A stretch of DNA of 63,270 nt, the filler included, from Choristocarpus tenellus KU-1152 (taxonomy: Eukaryota > Protista > Phaeophyceae): the NCBI GenBank assembly GCA_964200185.2. It is 12 parts of 12 records of this genome, joined end to end, with 100 filler letters (N's around TTAATTAATTAA, not from the genome) between each part and the next. Parts side by side here need not be neighbours in the genome. Positions count along the whole stretch, not along the records: positions 11,633 to 19,022 come from CAXNAD020006228.1; positions 19,123 to 23,468 come from CAXNAD020014996.1; positions 23,569 to 28,371 come from CAXNAD020013001.1; 9 more parts are not named here. One strand, given 5' to 3'. A program made the position numbers and the translations under genes. A model generated the notes under the pieces. It worked only from the letters and a program-made list of their open reading frames with translations, was not told where the DNA came from and made no database searches. Positions 12,274 through 24,155 of this stretch are shown here, in pieces. The first letter of the stretch is position 1; each line of letters begins with the position of its first letter.

Positions 12274-12385
12274 AAAACACTATATAACTTAACACATAGT
12301 CCCTTACCAAAAACACTACATAACTTCACATAGTCCCTTACCAAAAACACTACATAACTTCACATAGTCCCATACCAAAATACTG
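12274..12385. repeat. Tandem repeat of about 34 bp, 3 copies
   Basis: AAAAACACTACATAACTTCACATAGTCCCTTACC repeated. A separate duplication of about 57 bp lies at 12548-12658. Confidence 0.9.
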
Positions 12386-13979
12386 TTTCAAGAAATATAT
12401 ATATATACCTTTCGAGTATACAAACATTTCAACAAATTAATGTGTTCATCTCCATTACAAAAAGAACAGTTTCCTTCATTTCCAGGGGGAAAAAATGATA
12501 CTATAACCCTCCAGCCCATGTCTGCACATCACATTGGGAAAAGACATGAGCTCAAAACATCAACATTACCACTACCCTAATTGTTGGTGCCTGCTGGGAG
12601 TAACGAGCTTAAAACACCGACATCATCACTGCCCTAATGGTTGGTGCCTGCTGGGAGTCAATTAAACAAAATCTACTTTCAAGGACACTTCAAACACTCA
12701 AACAGGCCTCAATTTTGCGAGGGATTTTTTTTAACCCTGACTCCAGCACAACTTCGTAATATATCATTGTACATTTTTAATATTTGTTCTATTATAGCAT
12801 GAGGTATTAACCCTAACCCTATAGGTCGTGAGTACGGGCAAGGGGTTAGGGATTGGTCGATATATGCCCAATATCTGCTTTGCTCATAATGCGTTTCCCT
12901 AATAATTTCAAAATATCATTAGGTACTACGACAAAAAAAAGACCTCAAGGTATGTAGTATCTTCTTCTTTGAATAAAGATTCCACTCTTATCATACTTGG
13001 GAAGTGCCCAAAGATGTACGCTGACAAAAAAAGTATGTAAGAGACAGGGATAGTTTTTTTTTAAATCAGAATGATATTGAATGGAATAATTGCATAATAG
13101 GTGAAAAGAACATACATTTTCTTCAACATTTTTACGTTTTTCTTTTCCTCCCCAAAAAGATCACTGTTTCAAATAAAAGGTAGCTTTTAAAAAACAATGT
13201 AAAGGCAGAGTCGAAAGGAAAAGAAACTTATTGAACTAAGTTATGGATGTTACATACTACACTACTGTGCATCATCACACACCTTGGACAACATCACACT
13301 CTCATACACTATGTTCACAAAAGTGTTAACATGTAACTTGGAAAACACAACACTTTCACAACACTATGATACCACAAAATGGTAGCACTAAATGTTATGT
13401 GCTCCAGAAGAACCAAACAACATGTGCAATGTTTTGGACTGGAGTGTTATGGGCACTAGATGGTGCAACACTTGAATTGGTCTCCAGTGTCATGAACATA
13501 ACATAGTGTTGTGTGTTATCATGGGCATAACACAATGTTGAGTGCTATCATGGACATATCACAGTGTTGAGCGATATCATGAACGTAACACAGTGTTGAG
13601 TGATACCATGGACGTAATAAAGTACTGAGTAATACCTTGTCCACGGCGAATAATATTTTAACACCTGGTTGGCGCTCACCATCTCTCATGAATTAAACAA
13701 CACAACACCTATCCACCCAGCTTGGTTCACCCTCTCACACAAACCAAGACAGAAAGCAACGAAAGTTCTTAACCCATCCCTGCTACAAAAATATGGTATA
13801 CACACAGAGTACACTAATCGACGATAATAAAATAAATAATAAATAAAAATAATAATTATTATATTAATGATGACAAAAGAATTACATGATATCGTGATTG
13901 CAGTACAATTCATTCATAACTGATTACAATATTACTCATTCACAACTAGTTACAATACGTCTCATTCACTACTGATTAC

Positions 13980-13982
<3 letters not shown>

Positions 13983-14060
<78 letters not shown>
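13983..14060. repeat. (CA)n microsatellite
   Basis: Uninterrupted AC run. Confidence 0.99.
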
Positions 14061-14065
<5 letters not shown>

Positions 14066-15307
14066 AAGCAACCCTAACAGTGATATCCTTCCTCCTATGT
14101 ACAGGACAGATGCACTAAGTAATTAAGTAACAAAGTAACTAAATAGGATTCAGCTATCACAAAGAGGCACCTTCTCACTCCCAGAGGAGAGACCATTCCT
14201 CAAATGTACCTGAAGACATCATGATAACTCTAACACCATAACCTTGTCTAACAAGGTGTCTTTCTTACCTCGTCCCATTACAATCAATACACATTCAATA
14301 ATTCAATACTTTCAATACAAGCAGTACATCCAACATATTCAATATTTCAATACTTTCAATACAAGCAATCCATCCCACACATTCAATACATTCAATATAG
14401 TTGATTCTGCACATTTTGCTTGCCCCCACCTATCCAACTCAACAAAAATGCGATCGTTTTCGTTGTTAGTACTACAATTATTATTATTGTTCAATTTTCA
14501 GAGGAGAACATCTTCATACAATGACTTACCTCTTAGACTGAATTCATCTCCTCAAATCTCTCTGAGTATACCCACGATGCATAACTGCCCAAACTACACT
14601 TCTACAATATTACCGGGTAGGCCTTTCACGTGTACACATCTATTAATACCCTATTCCTCTCGGCACCAGTCCTATGCACGCGCCTGCCATACACATAGAA
14701 CTCCCTCACACCCTCACTTCCTCTCACAGAGAAAAAATTACAGCAGCAGCACATATCGTTTTCTCTTCTGACATTCAAAAACCCACCTCCTCAAAAATTA
14801 AAAAATAACTCACCCATCTACACTTTTTCAGATATTTCTTGGAAGTCCTAAACCACACCGCTTTTCTACTAATACAACACAATGCAAAATGCAGTACCAA
14901 CCAATGTATCCACATTAACACACGCACACAAATATATGTGTTCTCCAACTATAAACCCGTAAAGGTGACAACTGATATAAGAACAACAAAAGCAAAAAAT
15001 GAATATGTGCAAGATAAAAACAAAGTATCAACATATCAATATGTATATATATATATCTTCTACATACTTGCTCCTCCACTATGTACTACAAAAACTCTGC
15101 TACTCTCTCTAACCCGACATCCCACATCTATACCCACCTACCCGGACACAGCGAGATGGACTCTTGTTGGACAATCACCGAACTCGTGCATCTATAAATA
15201 AAATAAAAATGGAGAAAAAATCACGCAGACGGCGCCCTTCTCTAGAAAAACCAGTCTCTTTGGGATACATATATATATATATTTGTGTTTCACTTGGTAT
15301 CAGTAAA

Positions 15308-15534
15308 GAGTGAAATTATCGTAGAGGGTACGAGTTTTGCCCTGTTCGTCCATTTGTGGCTTGGCTTCCCATGGGTTTTTTTAGGACATTTTCCTACCCC
15401 AAATTTTCGGAGTAGGTAAAATGTATACGTTATGAAAAGGTGTGTTCAGAACATCGATATTGACACCAAAATCGCAACATTGGATTTTGACCCCCCAAGC
15501 GGACGCGGGTCTACCCTCTAAGATATTTTTGTTC
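15308..15534 (-). mobile_element. MITE-like family A, complete copy with an internal deletion
   Basis: GAGTGAAATTATCGTAGAGGGTA ... TACCCTCTAAGATATTTTTGTTC, flanked by AAA on both sides. Confidence 0.8.
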
Positions 15535-15868
15535 AAAGACTAAATAAGTCACCTGTCTAGATTCTTCTCCCTCACTGTCCTGATCGTAGACTAACAGATT
15601 CAACAGCATTGCTGTAAAAGCCTTTACGGTGAACCTAATATACCATCATCACCATCACCATCACCATCATCATGAGATAATAATAGTTGGGATGGGATTG
15701 TTGCACCACAAAGCAAAGCACAATGTAGCAAGTACAATGAGAGGAGGGATGGCAAAGAGTCATGAAAGATTGACAAATCATGTAACAATACTTCTATCAC
15801 ACAATTGAACTGCCTAGAAAAATTGCATTTTTTTAAAATCCCATTTTACCAACTTCTCGATCTCCTCG

Positions 15869-15869
<1 letters not shown>

Positions 15870-15922
<53 letters not shown>
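15870..15922. repeat. (ATT)n microsatellite
   Basis: Trinucleotide run that explains the spurious poly-Ile ORFs on both strands. Confidence 0.98.
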
Positions 15923-15923
<1 letters not shown>

Positions 15924-15996
15924 CGTTGTTGCTACTGATGTTATCATTATTACTATTATCATTACTATTCGTATTAGTGCGATCATTATTCCCATT

Positions 15997-16067
15997 ATTT
16001 TATTTTTATGCCATCTGACATATTGCAAATGTATCAGGGGGAAAACCAATGAAAACTATACATATGT
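15997..16067 (+). repeat. Dispersed 70-bp hairpin repeat (family C)
   Basis: Consensus TTATGCCCTCTGACATTTTGCAGATGTGTCAGGGGGAAAACCAATGAAAACTATA. Other copies at 24945-25017 (+), 26030-26080 (+) and 38020-38069 (-). Confidence 0.85.
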
Positions 16068-16937
16068 CATTATTAGCCCTAAGCAAATAAAATATCCTAA
16101 ACGTGAAAACCCTCTAAAGCACTGTCAGTGTGTAGACCACTAATCAATCAATTACTTCACCACCATCAAATATTGTTCTCATTATCATAATTACTATCGC
16201 TATTAGTGCTACCTTCAACGATCTAGGTACCCACATACACGCAAGTCTGTATCACACTTTCTACTTCAACGAAAATTTCGCAACCTCTATAATCCTATTG
16301 TTGTACCAAAAAAATATTGATAAATATTGATACATTTGATAAATAAATATCTATAGACTTAAAAGACAAATATCGATATAGTTGCATTCCTACAACAACA
16401 GCTATCATTGGTATTATCTTTCAACCCAACTATGAACACAAGAGGTCTACAAACAATACCCACATACTATCACACACTCTGTTCACATCTATCCAAACCT
16501 TCTCCACCACGCCACACCAAGCACTGTTCATTGATTCCACCTCCAACCCTACATGCTCCTTCAAACCACCTGAACTCGCAATTTCACATTCCACCCCCAA
16601 AAAATGACATCGCAACTTCTCTAAAAAAGAGGGAGAGACAGGATGTATTCAAAGCCAAATAAATGGATACAAAATGAATATATAAAATCTCCAACAAATT
16701 TCAGCACATTTTTATTTGATGCTGTTACCATGTACGCTTTTGTTACTGAGAATCATCCTACTTGCTAAAGCAAAGACTGTACTATATTGAAATACCAGTG
16801 TAACTGTTGTTATTATCAGAGTAGCATACACCAAAGGAAAAAAAACAAATCAGTGGAACTTTAAAATCATATTTTGAAAAATGAGGAGATAATGCCTATT
16901 GAATTATAACAAATATAAAATAATACTATATATTAAA

Positions 16938-18010
16938 CACTAGTAATAATAGTGAGTAGATGGAATTGTAGATTATAATCATTGTAGATAGTGAACACTA
17001 TTAATAATAGTGAGTACATAGTATTGTAGATTATTGTTATTGTCATCGTAGATAGTGAACACTAATAATACTAGTGAGTACATAGTATTGTAGATTATTA
17101 TCATCGCAGATAGTGAACACTAATAATACTAGTAAGTACATAGTATTGTAGATTATTATTATTGTCATCGTAGATAGTGAACAAAATAAAGAAAAAAAGA
17201 GTGGAACACATAGGATAGATTCACCTGCTGCATAAGAACATACTATGAATTCTCAGAAAAAAACCTTCTACCGTATTCTACCCTTAACAGAAAAGGCTCA
17301 ATTCAAGATTTGAGACACAAAAAATTGAATTTTCAGTAGAAAACGCTTCTATAAAGAGAGAAACACAGAACCCTAACTCTAACCCTTAGCTAAGAGTTAG
17401 GAGTCAGTACTCAAAAAATAAGAAAATCCGAACATCTAAATAGAGACACATACATGAACTATGCTCCCGCCACCAACACAACAAAGGAGAAGCCCTAGCC
17501 CTGACCCTTTCCTGCTTTTTCCTCCACTATTATCACTACTTGGCACTATATTTTCATCACAATTATAAACAGTATGAAGTATTACTTATCACTACAATTA
17601 TAATAATATGAAGAACTACTATCATTACTAATAAAAATAGTATCAAGTACTATAGTTACAATTATAAACAGTATTAAGTATTATTATCAATACTAATATA
17701 TATAGTATTAAGTATTACATTTATTACAATTCTAAATATTATTAAGTACTACTATCATTACTAATAAAAATAGTATGAAGTATTACTATCACTACTAATA
17801 TAAATAGTATCAAGTATACCTATCATTACTAATATAAATAGTATCAACTACTAATATCATTACAATTATATATAGTATCAAGTATTACCATCAATACTAT
17901 TATATATAGTATCAAGTAGTATTATCATTGCAATTATATATAGTATTAAGTGTTATCACCATTATAATTATAGTCTTAAGTATTATCATCGTTACAATTA
18001 TAAATAGTCT
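16938..18010. repeat. Two AT-rich degenerate minisatellite arrays
   Basis: A unit of about 62-68 bp (GTAGATAGTGAACACTAATAATA..GTACATAGTATTGTAGATTATT), about 4 copies at 16938-17183. A unit of about 35 bp (AAGTATTACTATCACTACTAATATAAATAGTAT) at about 17545-18010. Confidence 0.9.
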
Positions 18011-18965
18011 TACGTATTGTCGATGTATCGAAATATCTTTAAACCAACATTCCAGATTGACATCTACTAGTACCTCAACGTACACCACAACAAATGTATT
18101 TTTTTGAAGGTGTTGTCAAATACCCCTACTCATTCGATCATATTTTATAAACACCTGAACACAACAAAAACAAGCTTTAAAAAGAACAAAAATAATAAAT
18201 ACAACAAAATAAACTATAGTGTGGGGTCGGGGTTAGAAAATGAAAAAAATAAAAAAATGTAAACAACAGTGAGATCAACAGTGCGCTCTCCCAACCCCCC
18301 CCCCCCAAAACAATAATACATAAAAATAAAATAATACAAAGTACATACACATAATGGACTGTAAATGATGTAACATAATTACATTTATTATGTTCAATCT
18401 ACACAGTACGACCAAGAAGAAGAAAAATATTGACAATAGTGTACATTACATATATAACTACTTGTGCACACTTCATTGACGTAAAACAAACGCCTACAAC
18501 TGCAATACCGACTCCAACAACGGCAGACACAACAACCCTAACGTCTAGATTGATTCCACTACACCATTCCACTCTAAAAAAAACAAAAAAAATGCATAAA
18601 AAAAAGCCTTCGAACACACTACAAGGGAACTGACTACATCATATATACCTTCAGGGTTCAAGACTAGATCAGGGCCAAGCAACAAACACCAAAGATAAAA
18701 TATCTGTGTATGTAGTATCATAGAACATAAATTGATTACAAATTGATCATAAATTGCTGATCACCTGTGTCACTTCTGTCTCATTGTCAAGATCTGTCCT
18801 GGAATGACCCCTCTGTACTCCATTTCCTTGCACCATACGCTTGTACATCATCAATAGCTTAGAGTGAGAATAGTGAGGCCTAACAAAAAAATACAAACAC
18901 AAAAGAAGATTATACAAGAACACACAAAAATAGTACACAGGAGGATATTATAAGTTCGAAAATAA

Positions 18966-19022
18966 GGCTCAAAGCATCCGGGGGGGGGGGGCGGCTGTCC
19001 ATTTGGGGCCAATTTTTTTTTG
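18966..19022 (+). mobile_element. MITE-like family B, truncated at the contig end
   Basis: GGCTCAAAGCATCCG(G)nCGGCTGTCCATTTGGGGCCAATTTT matches the start of the full copy at 59837. Confidence 0.8.
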
Positions 19023-19229
19023 NNNNNNNNNNNNNNNNNNNNNNNNNNNNNNNNNNNNNNNNNNNNTTAATTAATTAANNNNNNNNNNNNNNNNNNNNNN
19101 NNNNNNNNNNNNNNNNNNNNNNCCCCAGCATGCATGTGTTTCTTTTCGTCCCCCCTATCCTCTTCCCCCCCCCCCCCCCCCCCCCCAAACATTCAAACCT
19201 GCACACCGCTGATGATACCAACATTCCAG

Positions 19230-20234
19230 GATGAAGGCATGACCAGGGAGCGGCCAATTGGTGGAAGAAGGGCTTCGATGACTGCAGCTGCTGCTGGTTG
19301 GTTGCATGCCGTTAACCACGCCACAGGCAATACTCACCAAGATTCTGCTGCGGAATATTCGGAACTTGATGATAGTGACTCTCCAAGGTCGGTGGGTGAT
19401 GAAGATTGGACTGAGAGTAACAGGTCCAGTACAAAAGCGAAGAGGGTTAAGGGGGCTCAGAGAGGCAGGGAACCAGTTGAGAGGATCCACAGCCCTGCAG
19501 TTGGGTTGGGTTGTGGGACTGGTGAAGCGGATATTGGAGTGGTGGGCTTGGCCTTTGCGATGGATACGCAGTCTCTGGGAGGTCATGGGGCTGTGGGCAG
19601 TGGGGGTGGTAAGGGTAAGGCAGAGAGGAGAGGCAAGCGTAAGTCCAAGTGCAACCTGGATGATAATAGGAATGAGGCTAGCGGTCGGGTGGGAGATGGT
19701 CGTAGAAGCACTGGAAATGTGTATGATGCTGGAGCTGATGCTAATTGTGTTTTTTCAAGCGGATTGCTCAGCCTGGCTGAGGCGTATCAGATTGACCAAG
19801 ATGCTAGGGCTAGGGACAAGGTGAGGTCCAAGCCTGCACAAGCTCAATCCAGTACCAGTAACGCCTTCCACCCTGATGTTCGAGACGGCGTGTCCCCTCA
19901 TGAGAGTAGGAACTACCACAGGAGCTCCGTGGTCGACCCGCCATCCCGGGCAACAATAGCATGGAGAGGTAGCAATCAAGTTGTCAATGGGGGTTCAGTC
20001 AGGAGGAGGGCTGATGCACTTAAGCGTAGGAGGGTAGAGGCGAACAATGCTAACACAAGCGCTCGGTTCCAGGGTGAGGGGGCTGGGAGGGACAGGACTG
20101 GGGACCACGAAGATGGTGAGGGGTCTGGAGGTGTCGGCCCTGAGCACAATGCCAATATCAACGAGGCAAGGGTAGATGCAGGGACAAGACTGTCCTCCGG
20201 TGGAAACGGGCATGGTGGGCAAGGAGGGAAGTGA
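19230..20234 (+). CDS. Large exon encoding a low-complexity Gly/Ser/Arg/Asp-rich region
   Basis: About 1 kb open, GC-rich frame starting after a TTCCAG acceptor, with no recognisable domain. The 3' end may be the stop at 20234 or a donor near 20215 or 20231 splicing to a candidate exon at about 20531-20610. Confidence 0.7.
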   Translation, partial: DEGMTRERPIGGRRASMTAAAAGWLHAVNHATGNTHQDSAAEYSELDDSDSPRSVGDEDWTESNRSSTKAKRVKGAQRGREPVERIHSPAVGLGCGTGEADIGVVGLAFAMDTQSLGGHGAVGSGGGKGKAERRGKRKSKCNLDDNRNEASGRVGDGRRSTGNVYDAGADANCVFSSGLLSLAEAYQIDQDARARDKVRSKPAQAQSSTSNAFHPDVRDGVSPHESRNYHRSSVVDPPSRATIAWRGSNQVVNGGSVRRRADALKRRRVEANNANTSARFQGEGAGRDRTGDHEDGEGSGGVGPEHNANINEARVDAGTRLSSGGNGHGGQGGK

Positions 20235-23200
20235 GGACCACGCAGTAGGTCGGTCGATGTAGGTGATGTAGGTGTGGATGTATGTACGTACTGTGTTTGA
20301 TTGTGTATATTGGACTGCAGCAGTGATGCGGTGATTGTACAGTAATAGCGGTTGGTGACTACAGCACTTCTTGCTTATGATGCCTTCCCATTTTTTTTTG
20401 TTTTTTCTCAAATGTATTTTCTTTTTTGCTAAGGTAGTTTGTTGTCTTCATGTGAGCTGTCTTGTTATTCTCTTGTTCTGTACGGAATGATTGATGTAGC
20501 TTTTTCTTGCCTGTCAGTCGTGTGCCACAGGACTACCTGATGTGAGCGATTACAGCGAGGCAATAGTTACCGAGTTTGTTTTGGATCGACATGGTTCTGA
20601 ACTACTTGTGGTACGTATTGGGCAGCATGGTGTAAATGGAGCAAGAGGCCTAACTGAGGCTATACACTAAGAACATGTATTGTGTTGTAGTGTTGTTGTA
20701 GTCTCTCTGGAATGTTTTTCTGTTTGTATTTGTGTCTATATTATGTATCAATCAATGTGCTGTTTGCTGTTTGATTATGCGTCTTGTCCCTTGTTTTGTG
20801 TTCATGAGAAGTGGGTGTGGTGGTTGTTAGAGAGGGCCTACAATGATGGATGAAGCGTCCCTTGGGCGTATGTATCCATGTGTCGTTGCAGTGGGTGGTT
20901 GTGTCTCAAATTGCTGAGTGGTGAGGATGATGCAACAGGGAGAGAGGGTAGATCATTGCCCTCGCATGCTTTCTTTATGCACCTGTGTGTGTTCGACAAA
21001 AGGGAGCAGCTCACAATTTGGTAGGGATCAAGGTTCTTGTGAGTGAGGTGGGAAGGGCAGAGAGCTCTGACTCGTTTCTCTTTAGCCTCCTCTTCTCGAT
21101 GCCATCTATGTTCTGTTGTTGGTCCTTGATCATGTCATGCGATCTTGCTTGTTCGATCAGTTTGATTTTTGTGGAAAATGTGAAACAGTTCTGCTTTGAG
21201 TACTATCGGTGCTTCAAAATATGTCGTGAGCTTGTTGTGGGGAAATAAGTAGATTTTGCTTGATGGAGATTAGAAGACCATATTTTGTAGACACTTTGTA
21301 CTTCATGGAATGGCGGATAGGGGGTGGGATGAGAAATCACAGAAACCAGGTCCATGTTCTTGGCAGTTTCGGTGATGTGCACGATACTGGCCCCCACTAG
21401 AGATTACACTTGGGGGCTACAGGTTACAGGCTATATACCCTAGAAAGATGGTTGGCCAGAGACCCGTGCTACTTTTCTTGTACCTAATATAATTTATTCA
21501 TTCATCATATTATATTTATGTCCATGTTTTTCTGCTGGATAAACCTGGAGTGGAATGTCCAAATGGCCAAGTTGGCGTAACCTCCATGTACTCTCACTTA
21601 ACTCAATGATTCTAGTAGAATGAAGGATAATCTGTGACCGATAAATGATGACATGCTCTTCAACTTGCTTGTTCACATAAATGTTACACTTACACCTTTA
21701 TTGTAGTAAGTATAATGGCACTTCAGATACTTGTTACCATTCAAAGCAGTGGCAGTTCATCCAACCTTTCTTTTGTTGGAGACAGGATCCCCCAGTGGAA
21801 ATGAACTGTGTACCAGTTGATGTCATTGTTATCAGTCTCCTTTACATACGATGCATGTGTATGGTAATAGAACAAAAAAAAACTGCCTTGCCCACCTCTG
21901 GTGCATCAGACACGTTGTTGTACTTGTACTCCAGAGTATTTTCGAAGGTATATTGTAGGTGTGTATTTATATGCAAGCCAGGACACGATTTTCTTCACCT
22001 ATTCCCTGCTCGCAAGCACAATCAACTACTTTGGATACTCAAGTATGAGTGCTAGATAAGAAGTACAATGTAAGCAGCAGCAGCACACTGAAAAAACCCC
22101 CCAACTGCTTCTTAACTACTACCCTCTGCTGTCGGAACCTCAAACTCCTACTTACTCACAATTCTCTATCTTCATGGAATGTTTGCGTTTGCCGCCCACA
22201 TGAAACTTGAAACGTCACTCGACCCTCCAAATTGTTTTTTTTCTTCTAACCATAACGCACCTTGTGCTCGCAGATGAGTTTTTTGCTGTTGTTGTTGGTT
22301 GTTGCTCCTCTTCTAGATTCTGTTAACAGTAGTGAACAATCACAGCTCTCTAGGCTGCGTTTCCCTTTCCTTGCCAAAACGTCCCCCACCTTGCCTTAGT
22401 CTACTACACAACTCTTCCACGACATCCACAACATCAACATCATAAATAAAAATATCTTACGGACACGGATCATCAGGATAGCACGACGCAAGGGGCACAA
22501 GTTTACGAGTGAGTTGGACTCTCAATCAATGACGAGATCTCTGCACCAATGCTACTACAATCCACACAAACTGTGCTATCTTGGAAGCCCAATGATTCCT
22601 TCCAACACCTTGAGGGCAGCATAATCTACCCAGTCAATCACCACTCCATGTATCCCTGTTTCCAAGAACCAAGTGACAATCCCATGCCCACTAAAAAAAA
22701 GCTTGGAAACAAAGCATCCCCTGTCTATCAAGAAGAAACGACAAAAGGGGGTAGGTAAGCATCACAACGTCCCTCTAACAGAGAAGGAGTCAAGGAGCCA
22801 AATATCTGTGTCCTTTTGAAGAACAAGGTGGACAGTCCCAGGTATCCAAGTTTTCGACCCACTTCATGGAAGAAAACCACACGAAGAGTGGGAAGAGGGC
22901 AAAGGGCGGGCAGGAAGAGAGGGATCACGTCAACAACAACCTAGAGCATCAAGTCACTAGAACGGTTTCACTGCCTTCAGAGGTTGGCAGGCAACCAGTC
23001 CCCATTTAATCTCCTTCACCAAAACATTCTATAAATAGGGCTCTGATGTTCTGGAAGTAAAAAGATCATCGACCGTGTCACACCAACGGAATAATCTGAC
23101 CTAATCCAAATAAAAGGGTTAGGGTTATTTTGACAAGATAAACTGGGGCATTGGTACCAGAAATTAACCCTCAATCCACAGCCTCTTCTAACCAGTCGGT

Positions 23201-23366
23201 TCCATCAACTTGGCCTCCAAGGTGCAAACCTTAAACTTCTTTAGTTTGTAATGTAGATTTTAGGACTTGATGGGGTTCATGTGTATTTTCCACAGACCAA
23301 GCAAGTAAAATCACGTGGTCATTAGTAACAGTTTGGGCGGACAAAACCCTAGAAAGAGGTCGATCG

Positions 23367-23400
<34 letters not shown>

Positions 23401-23579
23401 TTCCCCCCAAAATTTTAAACCAAAAACAAGGGGGGGGGGGGGGGGGGGGGGGGCGAGGGGAGCTGTCCNNNNNNNNNNNNNNNNNNNNNNNNNNNNNNNN
23501 NNNNNNNNNNNNTTAATTAATTAANNNNNNNNNNNNNNNNNNNNNNNNNNNNNNNNNNNNNNNNNNNNGGGGAGATGAC

Positions 23580-23895
23580 CGGAAACAAGTGGCGATGGGG
23601 GTTTCGCCCTGGTTGGTCATCGAGGGGTGACTGGAAATCAGTGACGAAGGGGGTTCACCCTGGTTGGCCATCAGAGGTGGGCATTGGCTGGAAATCAGTG
23701 GTGAAGGGGTTTCGCATTGGATGGCCATCGCAAAGGAAGAGGAGGACGGGAAAGCAGTGGAGAAGAGGTCGCACTGGGTGGTCATAAGTGGGGTTAAAAT
23801 GGGGGGGAAACGGGGAATGGTTGGATTGCAAACAGATAATTAAAAATAGTAGTAATCCAAAATTCGTGAGCAAAACAAACTGACATAATATAAAA
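23580..23895 (-). repeat. Repeat with internal tandem units of about 55 bp, homologous to an inverted copy at 26195-26350
   Basis: GTTTGTTTTGCTCACGAATT(T/C)TGGATTA and the unit GATG(G/A)CCA.CCA.TGCGAA..CC.TTC.C..CTGATT.CCAGCCA occur in both places in opposite orientation. Confidence 0.8.
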
Positions 23896-23976
23896 TAGGA
23901 GGCGCATGACCATGACGTGGTCCGCCTAATTCTAAAAAAATATCTCATTGACCATAGATAAAATGTTCTAACATTG

Positions 23977-24155
23977 CCGAGTCCATGGCCATGGCTTACT
24001 CAACATGACCTGGAATTTTGACCGGTCCTGTATAGCCAAGTTTGAACACGGCCGAGTCCACGGCCATCACTTACTCAACATGATGGGGTCGTCACGAACC
24101 ATGTACAAACAAGTTTGAACATGACCGAGTCCATGGTCGTCGACCATCTCAACAT
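23977..24155. repeat. Repeat with a period of about 74 bp, about 2.5 copies
   Basis: CCGAGTCCA(T/C)GG...CTCAACATG at about 23977, 24052 and 24125, the latter two preceded by CAAGTTTGAACA. Confidence 0.8.
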
